From: Mobula hypostoma | Lineage: Eukaryota | Assembly: GCF_963921235.1 (NCBI RefSeq) | Contig: NC_086097.1 | Coordinates: 114,702,001-114,766,000 of the forward strand | Length of the DNA stretch: 64,000 nucleotides | Direction: 5' to 3' | Part shown: positions 22,755-35,694 of the stretch, in pieces | How the letters are laid out: each line of letters opens with the position of its first letter | Numbering within the stretch: position 1 is the stretch's first letter | Made by a program: the position numbers and the translations under genes | Notes under the pieces: generated by a model | Seen by the model: the letters and a program-made list of their open reading frames with translations, nothing else | Database searches by the model: none | What the model was told of the DNA's origin: nothing

Positions 22755-25700
22755 ATAGAAACATAGAAACATAGAAACACTACAGCAAGCTGTACTGAAC
22801 ATGTCCTTACCTCAGAACTACCTAGGCTTACCCACAGCCCCTTATTTTTCTAAGCTCCATGTACCTATCCAGGAGTCTCTTAAAAGACCCCTTTCGTTTC
22901 TGCCTCCACCACTGTCGCCGGCAGCCCATTCCACGCACTCACCACTCTCTGTGTAAAAAACTTACCCTTGACATCTCCTCTGTACCTACTTCCAAGCACC
23001 TAAAAGCTATGCCCTCTCATGCTAACCATTTTAGCCCTGCGAAAAAGCCTTTGACTATCCACACAATCAGTGCCTCTCATCATCTTGTACACCTCTATCA
23101 GGTCACCTCTCATCCTCCGTCGCTCCAAGGAGAAAAGGCTGAGTTCACTCAACCTATTCTCATAAGGCATGTTCCCCAATTTAGGCAACATCCTTGTAAA
23201 TCTCCTCTGCATCTTTTCTATGGTTTCCACGTCCACCCTGTAGTGAGGCGACCAGAACTGAGCACAGTACTCCAAGTGGGGTTTGACCAGGGTCCTATAT
23301 AGCTGCAACATTACCTCTCAGCTCTTAAACTCAATCTCACGATTGATGAAGGCCAATGCACTGTATGCCTTCTTAACCACACAGTCAACCTGCGTAGTAG
23401 CTTTGAGTGCCCTATGGACTCAGACCCCAAGATCCCTCTGATCCTCCACACTGCCACGAGACTTAATATTAATACTATATTCTGCCTTCATATTTGACCT
23501 ACCAAAATGAACCACTTCACACTTATCTGGGTTGAACACCATTTGACACCTCTCAGTCCAGTTTTGCATCCTATCAATGTCCTGCTGTAACCTCTGACAG
23601 CCCTCCACACTATCCACTACACCCCCAACCTTTGTGTCATCAGCAAATTTACTAACCCATCCCTCTACTTCCTTATCCAGATCATTTATAAAAAGCACGG
23701 AGTAGGGGTCCCAGAACAGATCCCTGAGGCACACCACTGGTCACCAACCTCCATGCAGAATATGACCCATCTATAACCAATCTTTGCCTCTGTGGGCAAG
23801 CCAGTTCTGGATCCACAAAGCAATGTCCCCTTGGATCCTATACCTCCTTACTTTCTCAATAAGCCTTGCATGGGATACCTTGTGAAATGCCTTGCTGAAA
23901 TCCATATACACTACAACTACGGCTCTACCTTCATCAATGTGTTTAGTCACATCCTCAAAAAATTCAATCAGGCTTGTAAGTCACGACCTGCCTTTGATAA
24001 AGCCATGTTGACTATTCCTAATCATATTATGCCTCTCCAAATGTTCATAAATCCTGCCTCTCAGGATCTTCCCCATCAACTTACCAATCACTGAAGTAAG
24101 ACTCACTGGCCTATAATTTCCTGGGCTATCTTTACTCCCTTTCTTGAATAAAGGAACAACATCTGCAACCCTCCAATCCTCTGGAACCTCTCCCATCCTC
24201 ATTGACAATGGAAAGATCATCGCCAGAGGCTCAGCAATCTCCTCCCTCACTTCCCACAGCAGCCTGGGGTACATCCGGTCTGGTCCTGGTGACTTTTCCA
24301 ACTTGATGCTTTCCAAAAACTCCAGCACATCCTCTTCCTTAACATTTACATGCTCAAGCTTTTCAGTCCACTGCAAGTCATCCCTACAATCGCTAAGATA
24401 ATTTTCCACAGTGAATACTGAAGCAAAGTATTCATTAGGTACCTCTGCTATCTCTTTCGGTTCCATACACACTTTTCCACTGTCACACTTGATTGGTCCT
24501 TTTCTCTCATGTCTTATCCTCTTGCTCTTCACATACTTGTAGAATGCCTTGGGGTTTTCCTTAATCCTGTCTGCCAAGGCCTTCTCATGGCCCTTTCTGT
24601 CTCTCCTAATTTCATTCTTAAGCTGTTTCCTGTTAGCCTTATAATCTTCTGGTTCTCTATCATTACCTAGTTTTTTGAACCTTCCGTAAGCTCTTCTTTT
24701 CTTCTTGACTAGATTTACACCAGCCTTTGTACACTACAGTTCCTGTACCCCACCATCCTTTCCCTGTCTCATTGGAACGTACCTATGCTGAACCCCACGC
24801 AAATATCCCCTGAACATTTGCCACATTTCTTCCGTACGTTTCCCTGAAAACATCTGTTTCCAATTTATGCTTCCAAGTTCCTGCCTCTTAGCCTCATAGT
24901 TCCCCTTACTTCAATTCAATGTTTCCCTAACTTGTTCTTTCCTATCCCTCTCCAATGCTATGGTAAAGGAAATCCAATTGTGATCACTATCGCCAAAATG
25001 CTCTCCCACAGAGACCTGACACCTGATCAGGTTCATTTCCCAATACCTGATCAAGTACAGCCTCTCCTCTTGTAGGCTCATCTACATATTGTGTCAAGAA
25101 ACCTTCCTGAACACACCTAACAACTCCACCCCATCTAAACCCCTCACTCTAGGGAGATGCCAATCAATATTTGGGAAATTAAAAGCTCCCACCACAACAA
25201 CCCTGTTATTATTACACCTTTGCAGAATCTGTCTCCCTATCGCTCCTCGGTGTCCCTGTTACTATTGGGTGCTCTATAATAAACACCCAGTAGAGTTGTT
25301 GACCCTTTCCTATTCCTTACTTCCATCCACAGAGACTCCGTAGACAAACCCTCCATGACTTCCTCCTTTTCTGCAGCCGTGACACTATCTCTGATCAACA
25401 GTGCCAGGCCCCCACCTCCTTTCCCTCCCTCCCTGTCCTTTCTGAAACATCTAAAGCCTGGCACTTGAAGTAGCCATTCCTGCCCCTGCACCATCCAAGT
25501 CTCTGTAATGGCCACAACATCATAGCTCCAAATGCTGATCCACACTCTAAGCTCATCCACTTTGTTCATAACACTCCTCGCATTAAGATAGTCACATCTC
25601 ATACCATCGGTCTGAGTGCTTACCTTCTCTATCACCTGCCTGTCCTCCCTTTTGCAATGTCTCCAAGCTTTCTCCATTTGTGAGCCAACCTCCCTTTCCT

Positions 25701-26462
25701 CCGTCACTTCAGTTCGGTTCCCACCCCCCAGCAATTCTAGTTTAAACTCTCCCCAATAGCCTTAGCAAACCTCCCCGCCAGGATATTGATCCCCCTGGGA
25801 TTCAAGTGCAACCCATCCTTTTTGTACAGGTCATACCTGCCCCAAAAGAGGTCCCAATGATCCAGAAATCTGAATCCCTGCCCCCTGCTCCAATCCCTCA
25901 GCCATGCATTTATCCTCCATCGTATTCTATTCCTATACTCATTGTCACATGACACAGGCAGTAATCCCGAGATGACTACCTTTGAGGTCCTGCTTCTCAA
26001 CTTCCTTCCTAACTCCCTATAGTCTGTTTTCAGGACCTCCTCCTTTTTCCTACCAATGTCATTGGTAGGAATTGCCTGTATGACCCCCTAACTATAGAGT
26101 CCCCTATCGCTGCTGCCATCCTCTTCCTTTCCCTACCCTTCTGAGCCACAGGCCAGACTCTGTGCCAGAGGCACGGCCACTGTTGCTTCCCCCAGGAAGG
26201 CCGTCCCCGCCCCACAACGGTACTCAAACAGGAGTACTTGTTGTCAAGGGGGACAGCCACTGGGGTACTCTTTAGCATCTGCCTCTTGCCCTTCCCTCTC
26301 CTGACTGTTACCCACATATCTGTCTCCCCAGGCCCCGGTGTGACTCCCTGCCTATAAGCTCCTCTCTACCACCTCCTCACTCTCCCTGACCAGAGGAAAG
26401 TCATCGATCTGCAGCTCCAGTTCCCTAACACGGTCTCTAAGGCGCTGCAGCTCGACGCACCA
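22755..26462 (-). mobile_element. Near full-length CR1 LINE (ORF1 esterase + ORF2 APE/RT), decayed
   Basis: ORF1: CVELQRLRDRVRELEL, IGDSIVRG and DGLHLN (SGNH hydrolase). ORF2: YLNARS, VAITETW, GVYYRAP, NYRPVSLTS and KFADDTK. (TTCTATGT)n tail at 22755-22780. Confidence 0.95.
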
Positions 26463-26464
26463 CG

Positions 26465-26571
26465 TGCCCCTAAAACGTAATAATGTACAACGTAACATGT
26501 AATATGCATGGCAAACTTAACCCTTAACAGCCTGGATGAATTCTGCCTAATGAAATTACGGAGTCCTTACA
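26465..26571 (-). repeat. 3' LTR of Gypsy element (truncated)
   Basis: Begins TGTAAGGACTCC at 26571, next to a G-rich PPT-like tract; aligns to about 32002-32086. Confidence 0.8.
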
Positions 26572-27767
26572 CATGCGCCCCCAGAATGGGGCCCGCAAAG
26601 CTCAGCCAAACCTACTGCTGCCTTCATGAGCAGGTGCTGGGGAGGAAGAGCAGTCAATATCAGAAGGTCTGGAGGTGGGAGGCTGGCCCCTCCACGGGGG
26701 CTGTGCCACTTCCACAGGCAAGTCCAGGTCCAAATGGGCAGGCTTGGGACGATCCACAGAAACGCTGTCCGGGATACCTGCAAAGTCCAGTGTAAAAAAC
26801 CTATCATCTGCTTCCAACACACGGAGCGGGTCGTCATAAGGCAGTTGCAGGGGACTCCGATGTCCATCATGATGCACAAACGCATATCTCACCTCCTGCA
26901 GACCCAGCAACAGGGGTAACCGCGGCAGGCCGTGCTGCGTTGTGGGCACTGGAGCGTAAGTTTTGGCATTGTCCATAAAAGTGGAGAGCGGCTGTGAAGC
27001 CGACCATGGGACCATGGAGGTTGGGAGAAACTCTCCCAGCACCCGCAAGGGTAGGCTGAAGGTGAGGCAGAAGAGGACTGAAGGTGCCCCTTAACGACCA
27101 TCCTCAGACCCAACATGAGGCATGCATGGAGAGCGGAGTTCATTGAACAGTGGAATTACTCGCACAGACCATTGGCCTGTGGGTGATAAGCCATGGTCCG
27201 GTGCAGTTTGACCTCCATATCGTGGGCGGCCATGCACCAGAGCTCGGATGTAAACTGCGTTTCGTGATCTGAAGAGATATCCGATGGGACACGGAACCAA
27301 GCGATTTGCCAGCTAACGTACGCTTGTGCCACCTCCACGGCTGAAATGGATGACAGCCACACTGCCTCTGGCCAATGTGCGGTCCTATCAATGATGGTGA
27401 GGAGGTGATTAAACCCATGGGACAGGGGCAATGGGCAACCAAATCCACATTTACCTGGTCAAAATGCTGCTCAGGGAACCGCCAAAGGAGCCAAAGGAGT
27501 CTTGGCATGTTGATGCACCTTCACGTATTGACGTGCCAAGCAAGCACTAGCCCAACCCTTGACGTCCTTCTTAAGCCCACTCCACACAAACTTTTCTGTC
27601 AACAGTTTCTGCGATGCCCTCTGGCCTGGGCCCTGGTGACACATCACACAGGAGTGAAACGCCGCTGTCACCGAAAGCAATGTTCACCAATTTCAACCCC
27701 ATGTCTGCTGAACGCAGCGCCTGCACGTTCAGGTCTGAAACCTGGCCTATAGTCCACGCCCACGGGA

Positions 27768-29677
27768 CTATTGAGGAATATTGGGAAGCAAGAAAGGAGC
27801 TTAAGAAGGGGCTGAGAAGAGCAAGATGGGGGCATGAGAAGGCCTTGGCGAGTAGGGTAAAGGAAAACCCCAAGGCATTCTTCAACTATGTGAAGAAAAA
27901 AAGGATGACAGGAGTGAAGGTAGGACCGATTAGAGATAAAGGTGGGAAGATGTGCCTGGAGGCTGTAGAAGTGAGCTAGGTCCTCAATGAATACTTCTCT
28001 TCGGTATTCACCAATGAGAGGGAACTTGATGATGGTGAGGACAATATGAGTGAGGTTGATGTTCTGGAGCATGTTGATATTAAGGGAGAGGAGATGTTGG
28101 AGTTGTTAAAATACATTAGGACAGATAAGTCCCCGGGGCCTGAATATTCCCCAGGCTGCTCCATGAGGCGAGAGAAGAGATTGCTGAGCCTCTGGCTAGG
28201 ATCTTTATGTCCTCGTTGTCCACGGGAATGGTACCGGAGGATTGGAGGGAGGCGAATGTTGTCCCCTTGTTTAAAAAAGGGTAGTAGGGATAGTCCGGGT
28301 AATTATAGACCAGTGAGCCTTATGTCTGTGGTGGGAAAGCTGTTGGAAAAGATTCTTAGAGATACGATCTATAGGCATTTGGAGAATCATGGTCAGATCA
28401 GGGACAGTCAGCATGGCTTTGTGAAGGGCAGATCGTGTCTAACAAGCCTGATAGAGTTCTTTGAGGAGGTGACCAGGCATATAGATGAGGGTAGTGCAGT
28501 GGATGTGATCTATATGGATTTTAGTAAGGCATTTGACAAGGTTCCACATGGTAGGCTTATTCAGAAAGTTAGAAGGCATGGGATCCAGGGAAGTTTGGCC
28601 AGGTGGATTCAGAATTGGCTTGCCTGCAGAAGGCAGAGGGCAGTGGTGGAGGGAGTACATTCAGATTGGAGGATTGTGACTAGTGGTGTCCCACAAGGAT
28701 CTGCTCTGGGACCTCTACTTTTCGTGATTTTTATTAACGACCTGGATGTGGGGGTAGAAGTGTGGGTTGGCAAGTTTGCAGACGACACAAAGGTTGGTGG
28801 TGTTGTAGATAGTGTAGAGGATTGTCAAAGATTGCAGAGAGACATTGATAGGATGCAGAAGTGGGCTGAGAAGTGGCAGATGGAGTTCAACCCGGAGAAG
28901 TGTGAGGTGGTACACTTTGGAAGGACAAACTCCAAGGCAGAGTACAAAGTAAATGGCAGGATACTTGGTAGTGTGGAGGAGCAGAGGGATCTCGGGGTAC
29001 ATGTCCACAGATCCCTGAAAGTTGCCTCACAGGTGGATAGGGTAGTTAAGAAAGCTGATGGGGTGTTAGCTTTCATAAGCCGAGGGATAGAGTTTAAGAG
29101 TCGCGATGTAATGATGCAGCTCTATAAAGTTCTGGTTAGGCCACACTTGGAGTACTGTGTCCAGTTCTGGTCACCTCACTATAGGAAGGATGTGGAAGCA
29201 TTGGAAAGGGTAAAGAGGAGATTTACCAGGATGCTGCCTGGTTTAGAAAGTATGCATTATGATCAGAGATTAAGGGAGCTAGGACTTTACTCTTTGGAGA
29301 GAAGGAGGATGAGAGGAGACATGATAGAGTTGTACAAGATAATAAGAGGAATAGATAGAGTGGATAGCCAGCGCCTCTTCCCCAGGGCACCACTGCTCAA
29401 TACAAGAAGACATGGCTTTAAGGTAAGGGGTGGGAAGTTCAAGGGGGATATTAGAGGAAGGTTTTTTACTCAGAGAGTGGTTGGTGTGTGGAATGCACTG
29501 CCTGAGTCAATGGTGGAGGCAGATACACTAGTGAAGTTTAAGAGACTACTAGACAGGTATATGGAGGAATCTAAGGTGGGGGCTTATATGGGAGGCAGGG
29601 TTTGAGGGTCAGCACAACATTGTGGGCTGAAGGGCCTGTACTGTGCTGTACTATTCTATGTTCTATGTTCTGTGTTC
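27768..29677 (+). mobile_element. CR1 LINE, 5'-truncated, inserted in Gypsy pol
   Basis: ORF 28046-29605 carries an uninterrupted RT (DFSKAFDKV, GVPQGSALGP, KFADDTK); (TTCTATG)n tail at 29654-29677. Confidence 0.95.
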
Positions 29678-31885
29678 AAATGGACAGCACCAGTGAAGGG
29701 TGAGGAAAGGCAGTCAGCCACGAGGCTACGCTTCCCCGCAACATACTGGATACCATTGCTGAACTCTGAAATAGAAAAAAGATGGTGCGGCTGCTGAGCA
29801 GATCAAGGTTCAGAGACCTTAGCGATGGTGAACGTTTGCTGCTTATGATCCACACAAGCTGTAAATGGATGGCCCTCTAGGAGAAAACGACAATGCCGCA
29901 CTGCCAAGTACAGGCCGAGAATCTCAGGTTGAACATGTTGTACTTGTGCTCACAGCTGACGGCTAAAAAGGCAAGAGGCTGCTAACCACCACTGACCAAC
30001 TGCTCATGCACGGCGCTGACCGCGCAAGCACGAGCTGAGCCGCTCTGGGGACAAAACCGTGATAGAAGTTCACCATGCCCGAAAACTCCTGCAGGGCCTT
30101 AACAGTGACTGGCTGAGGGAAGCGCTTAATGGCCACAACTTCAGCCAGCAGGGGAAAAGCCCCTGCTGTGTTGACGCAGTGTCCGTGGACATCGACCATG
30201 GACAGTACAAACTGGTACTTCGCCAGGCTGACGATAAGACCATGCTGACTAAGGTGTTCAAAAAGGGTTCTCAAATGTAAGAGATGGTCATCCCTAGAAG
30301 AGTTGGCTACCAAAATGTCATCTAGGTAAACAAACAGGAATGGCAAATCCCTGAGAACACTGTCCACGAGGCGCTGAAAGGTCTGGGCATTTGAAGGAAC
30401 TCAAACAAACCAAATGGTGTAATAACAGCGGTTTTAGGAATGTCACCCAGGTGGGACAGGGACCTGGTGATAACTGCAAATGAGGTCCACCTTTGAGAAA
30501 ATAACTTTCCCTGCCAGACGGGCAGAGAAGTTCTGGACGTACAGGATCAGGTATTGGTCAGGCTTCATGGCGTCGTTGAGGAGGGGGTAACTGCCACATG
30601 AACACCATCCACCACCCCCTGACGAAGCCCAGGTGCTTCATGGCGTCAAACTGAGCTTTGGCGATGGCTTTTTTCTCCAGGTCGAGGCGCCTGGCATGGG
30701 CGTGAACGGGTGGGCCTGTGGTGACGATGTGGTGCTCCACCCTCTGTTTAGTGGTGGAGGAAGAGAAGGAGGGCTCGGTCAGATCCGGGAACTCAGCGAG
30801 GAGGCGGAGGAGGTCGTCGGATGTGGAAAGGTTGCTGGACAACTTTTAAATGCCAGTGGTGCTGCGTGTGTTGGAGAGGGAGAAGAGAGTCTCTGCGTTG
30901 TTCTGGACATCAGTGAGAAGACTCATTGGTGCAGAGGAAGTTGGCCCCCTGCGGGGTTGTAGACTCCGCCACCAACACAAAGTTCCGGTGGAACCTCTGC
31001 TCGCTGAAGCACAATGCCATCTCAGGCATACAAAAAGTTCGGATGGTGCTGCCATTCGCAGCCCTGAGAGACAGTCCATATTCCCCAGTTTGTATGTCCA
31101 ACTGAGACATGGGAGGACACTCACCTGAGCACTCGCGTCACAGAGGAAACAGAGTCTGTCACGAACACTAAACTGCCTGACCTGCCGACGCCCATAGCAG
31201 ATAATAGGCACTGGCCGTTTCCATGACTCCTTGATCCCACAGGGTGGGTGGCACTTCTTAGCTCTCGGCCCGAACCTTGCGTGGTCAAAACACAGAATAG
31301 GAGACTGTCATTGAGCTGTGGCCATTGTCTTATGTTCAGGTGGCAGAGTCATCCACCCACATGGTCACACAAGATGGAAATCTCCTTGTCAGTCTCTCTC
31401 GCTAGAGCCCGGAGGTCTCTCGGGGAGAGCCAGCCAGAGCCAACCGCACCTCGCCTAGAAGTTGTTGCAGGAACAGCTCTCTGAGGATGAAGCATGGCTG
31501 ATGTCTACCAAGGAAGGACAACATGTGGTCCATCAACTGCAACAGCTTGGAGTCGCCAAAGCCAGGCAGTGAGAGGAGCCAACGGGCACGCTCAGACTCG
31601 GAAAGTTTGAAAGTCTCTAGGAGTTGCTCGAGAGTACCATACCTGCCGACTTCTGGGGGTAGTCGTGCTGTAGGACATTTATCACCCTGGTCGCCATAAT
31701 GCTGCAACGACGTAGTAATATTTTGTGTCATGTTGTGAGATTCCCCGCACTGCAAACTGGGCCTCTGCCTGAGCAAACCAAAAGGCGGCATGTTCCTGCC
31801 AGAATTCAGGGAGCTTGAGAGCAGTGACATTTGCAGTCATGATGGTATTAATGAGCAAAATCACCCTGGAATCGTCTAGAGGAGT

Positions 31886-31898
31886 GTCGGGGTCGCCA
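31886..31898 (-). promoter_or_regulatory. Primer-binding site complementary to tRNA-Trp
   Basis: TGGCGACCCCGAC lies one base inside the LTR end (...CCCCTACA) and matches the tRNA-Trp 3' end (GUCGGGGUCACCA) with one mismatch. Confidence 0.8.
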
Positions 31899-31899
31899 G

Positions 31900-32090
31900 T
31901 GTAGGGGTGTCAACAAAAATCAACACAAGAGTAATTACTTCTAACGTACACTTTATTCCCTCCGCAAACAAATGGTGACGTCGTATATCAGAAAACAAAC
32001 CCGCCCTTAAAACGTAATAACATACATGGGGAACTTAAACCTTAACAGTCTGGGTGAACACTGCCTAATGAAATCAAGGAGTCCCGATTC
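31900..32090 (-). repeat. 5' LTR of Gypsy element
   Basis: Ends ...CCTACA at 31900; AATAAA on the minus strand (about 31952-31957); homologous to 26465-26571. Confidence 0.8.
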
Positions 32091-33371
32091 ATTTATTTAT
32101 ATTATTGTTTCTTCTTTTTGCATTTGCATAATTTTTTGTCTTCTGCACTCTGGTTGAATGTTCTAGTTGATTCTGTAATAGTTACTATTTTGTAGATTTG
32201 CTCAGTATGCCCACAAGACAATGAACCTCAGAGATGTATATGGTGATGATAAAATTTACTCTAAACTTTGAAATTTGTAAGGAGGCCTCAGCTAAGTCCA
32301 CTTTGCAGAAGTCTTTTCCTCAAGAAATATTTGCAAAGATATTCTTTATCCTGGTCAGAGAGTATTGGTCCACTTTCAGTGCTGTGTTGGTGGAGACCTT
32401 AAAATCACCACAGATCCCAACAGGTCCTGACAGATCTGTTTGTCTTACCTACTTGGACCAGTGGCATCGCCCGTGGTCTCCACTTAACCTTGGAAAGAAT
32501 TCCTTCAGCCTCCATGTGATTTAGCTCACTGGCTTCTTTATGACAGTTGGTGCAAGGAAGCAGCCAGGCTTTGTAAAATTTGGGTGTGGCATTTTAATTT
32601 AACATTATTTTACCCTTGATATGTTTGAGTTTTCCAATGCCATCCATGAATACTGCTGCAGCATCCTAATTCACTTTCAGTTGACTCTTTTGCAGGGGAT
32701 GTGGCATGCAAATGACGGAATGGATCTCCAATCAAGTTGTAGTTGTCTAAGCCACTCACAGCACCACAATGTTGGCCCTCCTATTTTTACCATATATAAG
32801 CCCAATGGGCTTTTGGTTATTACATTTTGCTTTTGCAAATGCCATTCCCACAGGAATGATCTTTTCTCCAGTTTAATTTCTCAGCTGGATATCTGCAGGC
32901 TTCAGTCCTGTATCTTTGAAATGCCATTCATACTCATTTTGTAGAATGACTGAAACTGTTGAGCAAGTGTCCAATTCCATCTTAATTAATTTGCCATTCA
33001 TTATTGTGTGTAAGCCATATTGTCTGTCAATTGTTAGTTTTCACATTGTAAATCTCAAGGCTACTTGGTCCTCTGTCACTCTCATCATTATCAGATTCTT
33101 GATCAACAACATGCAGATTAATGCCCTTTTTGAAACTGCAGCTTGACTTTTTAACCTTTATATCTTCCCTGTGCAGTTAACTTATTTTAGTCTGCCCAAC
33201 ATGCTCTTTGTATGTGTCCTATTTTGTTATATTTTCTGTAAGCTTCACCTTTAAATCTGCATTGGTTTGGTGTATGTGAGTCCCTGCCACAATGGTAACT
33301 CTATTTGTTTGACTAGGTGGGTTCTTGTTTGATGCTGCAATTTTGTTCACACTCACTTTCGTTCCTGACTG

Positions 33372-34370
33372 CAACTCAATTGAATTGATTTGACTTTATT
33401 TCTTATATCCTTCTCATACATAAGGAGTAAAAATCTTTACATTATGTTTCTGTCTAAAAGTGCAATGTACAATTTATAATAATTTATAATAAATAGTATG
33501 TACAATAGCATAGTCAATATAGCATAGAAATACAGTTGTATCAGCGTAAATTAATCAGTCTGATGCCTGGTGGAAGAAACTGTCCTGGAGCCTGTTGGTC
33601 CTGGCATTTATGCCGCGGTACCATTTCCTGGATGGTAGCAGCTGGAACAGTTTGTGCTTGGGGTGAGTCGGGTCCCCAATAATCCTTCAGGCCCTTTTTA
33701 CATACCTGTATCTGTAAATGTCCTGAACAGTGGTAAGTTCACATCTACAGATGCGTTGGGTTGTCCGCACCACTCTCTGCAGAGTCCTGTGATTGAAGGA
33801 GTTTCAGTTCCCATACCAGGCAGTGATGCAGCCGGTCAGGATGCTCTTAATTGTGACCCTGTAGAAAGTTCTTGGGATTTGGGGACTCATGCCAAACTTC
33901 TTCAACTATCTGAGGTGAAAGTGGTGCTGTTGTGCTTTTTTCACCACACAGCCAGTACAGACCATGTGAGATTCTCGGTGATGTGTATATGTACTGAGGA
34001 ACTTAAAGCTGTTCACCCTCTCAACCCCAGATCCATTGATCTCAATAGGGGTTAGCCTGTCTCCATTCCTCCTGTAGTCAACAACCAGCTCCTTTGTTTT
34101 TGCGACATTGAGGGAGAGGTTGTTTTCTTGACACCACTGTGTCAGGGTGATGACTTCTTCTCTGTAGGCTGCCTCATTATTATTTGAGATAAGGCCAATC
34201 AATGTAGTATCATCAGCAAAATTAATTAGCAGATTGGAGCTGTTGGGGGGCAACACAGTCATGTGTACACAGAGAGTAAATAAGGGGGTTTAGGACACAG
34301 CCCTGAGGGACTTCTATGTTGAGGGTCAGAGGGGAAGATGTGAGGGTGCCCATTCTTACCACCTGCCATC
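33372..34370 (-). mobile_element. Rex1/Babar LINE 3' half
   Basis: PQGCVLNPL, LINFADDTTLIGLI, LNVAKTKELVVDYRR; AATAAA plus short-repeat tail at about 33372-33400. Confidence 0.9.
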
Positions 34371-35694
34371 AAGACAATTGCGTCTCTGGCTACCGTTTCC
34401 ACTGATACAGGCATTTCAACTGCTCTTTTAAATGTGAGTTGTTCTTCAGTTAGGAGCTATTTTGAATGCTTTCTTGGAAGATTCCACAAATGAAACAATT
34501 TCTCAATGCATCATTAAGCCCATCACTGAACTGATAACTTCTTCAATTCAGCCGGCACACTTGACTGGTGTTATCAAGAACATTTACCATGCCATACCAT
34601 TCCGGCACTTTAGAAAGTCCGATCACTTGCCTGTACTTCTGCTCCTGGTGCAGAAGCAGAGACTAAAGACAGCAGCACTGGCAGTAAAGTCCAAGAAGGT
34701 ACGGTTGAGAGACGTGGAAGAGTGCTTACAGGACCGCTTTGAATCAGTGGACTGGACAATATTCAAGCATTTATCTTTGAATCTGAATGAATATGCCATA
34801 GCTGTCAGAACTCCATCAAGGCCTGTGTAGATGAGTGTGTGCCTTTGAGAACACACCAGACATAGCTAAACCAAAAGCAAATTTGTAGTCTACTAAGGGC
34901 TAGACTTGCGGTAGTCAAGACCGGTAATCCAGAACTATACAAGAAGTCCAGGTAAGCCCTATGGAAGGCTATTTTGAGAGTGAAAAAGCAAATCTGTTTG
35001 AAGTTAGAGATGGAATTAGATGCATATCAGCTCTGGCAGGGTTTGCAGGCCATTACTTCCGACAAGGCTAAACCTAACATCATGAATGGCTGTGATACTT
35101 CATTCCCAGATAAGCTTAAAGCTGTTTTTGCACGCTTTGAAAAGGAGAATAAAACTACACCTGTAGGAATCCCTGCAGCATCTGGTGACCCTGTGATCTT
35201 TGTCTTGAAGGCCAATGTCAGAACATCTTTCAAGAGGGTAAACCCATGCAAAGCATCAGGCCCTGTTGGTGTACCAGGTAGGACACGGTAAACCTGTGCC
35301 AACCAACTGGCAGGAGTGTTCAAGGACATCTTCAATATCATGTAGTTGGAGATTCCCATCTGCTTCAAAAGGGCAATAATTGTACCAGTGCCTAAGTAGA
35401 GCAAGGTGAGCTGCCTCTATGACTGTGACCCAGTGGCTCTCATATCTACTGGGAGGAAGTACTTTGAGAGGTTGGTCATGGCTAGGTCCAGCTCTCGTCT
35501 AAGCAAGGACCAGGAACCGTGCAATTTTCCTATTGACACAACAGATCTCACTTGCCCTCCACTTGGCTTTGGATCACCTGGCCAATAGCAATACCTACAT
35601 CAGGTCAGCAGCGAACACCATCATATCCTCAGTTCTAATCAACGTGTCCAAAACTTGGGCCGCTGTCCCTCCCTCTGCAACTAGATCCTTGACT

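Larger units (their letters stand above)
26465..32090 (-). mobile_element. Gypsy/Ty3 LTR retrotransposon (CsRN1/Kabuki-like), decayed, interrupted by CR1
   Basis: gag KLPEFW..WFAQAEAQF (31682-31864); protease FLCDASAQVSVLP; RT FVYLDDILV; RNase H remnants; integrase HHCC region, IIDRTAHWPEA, SSDHETQFTS, AYHPQANGLCE; C-terminal VSVDRPKPAHL. Domain order PR-RT-RH-IN. Confidence 0.93.
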
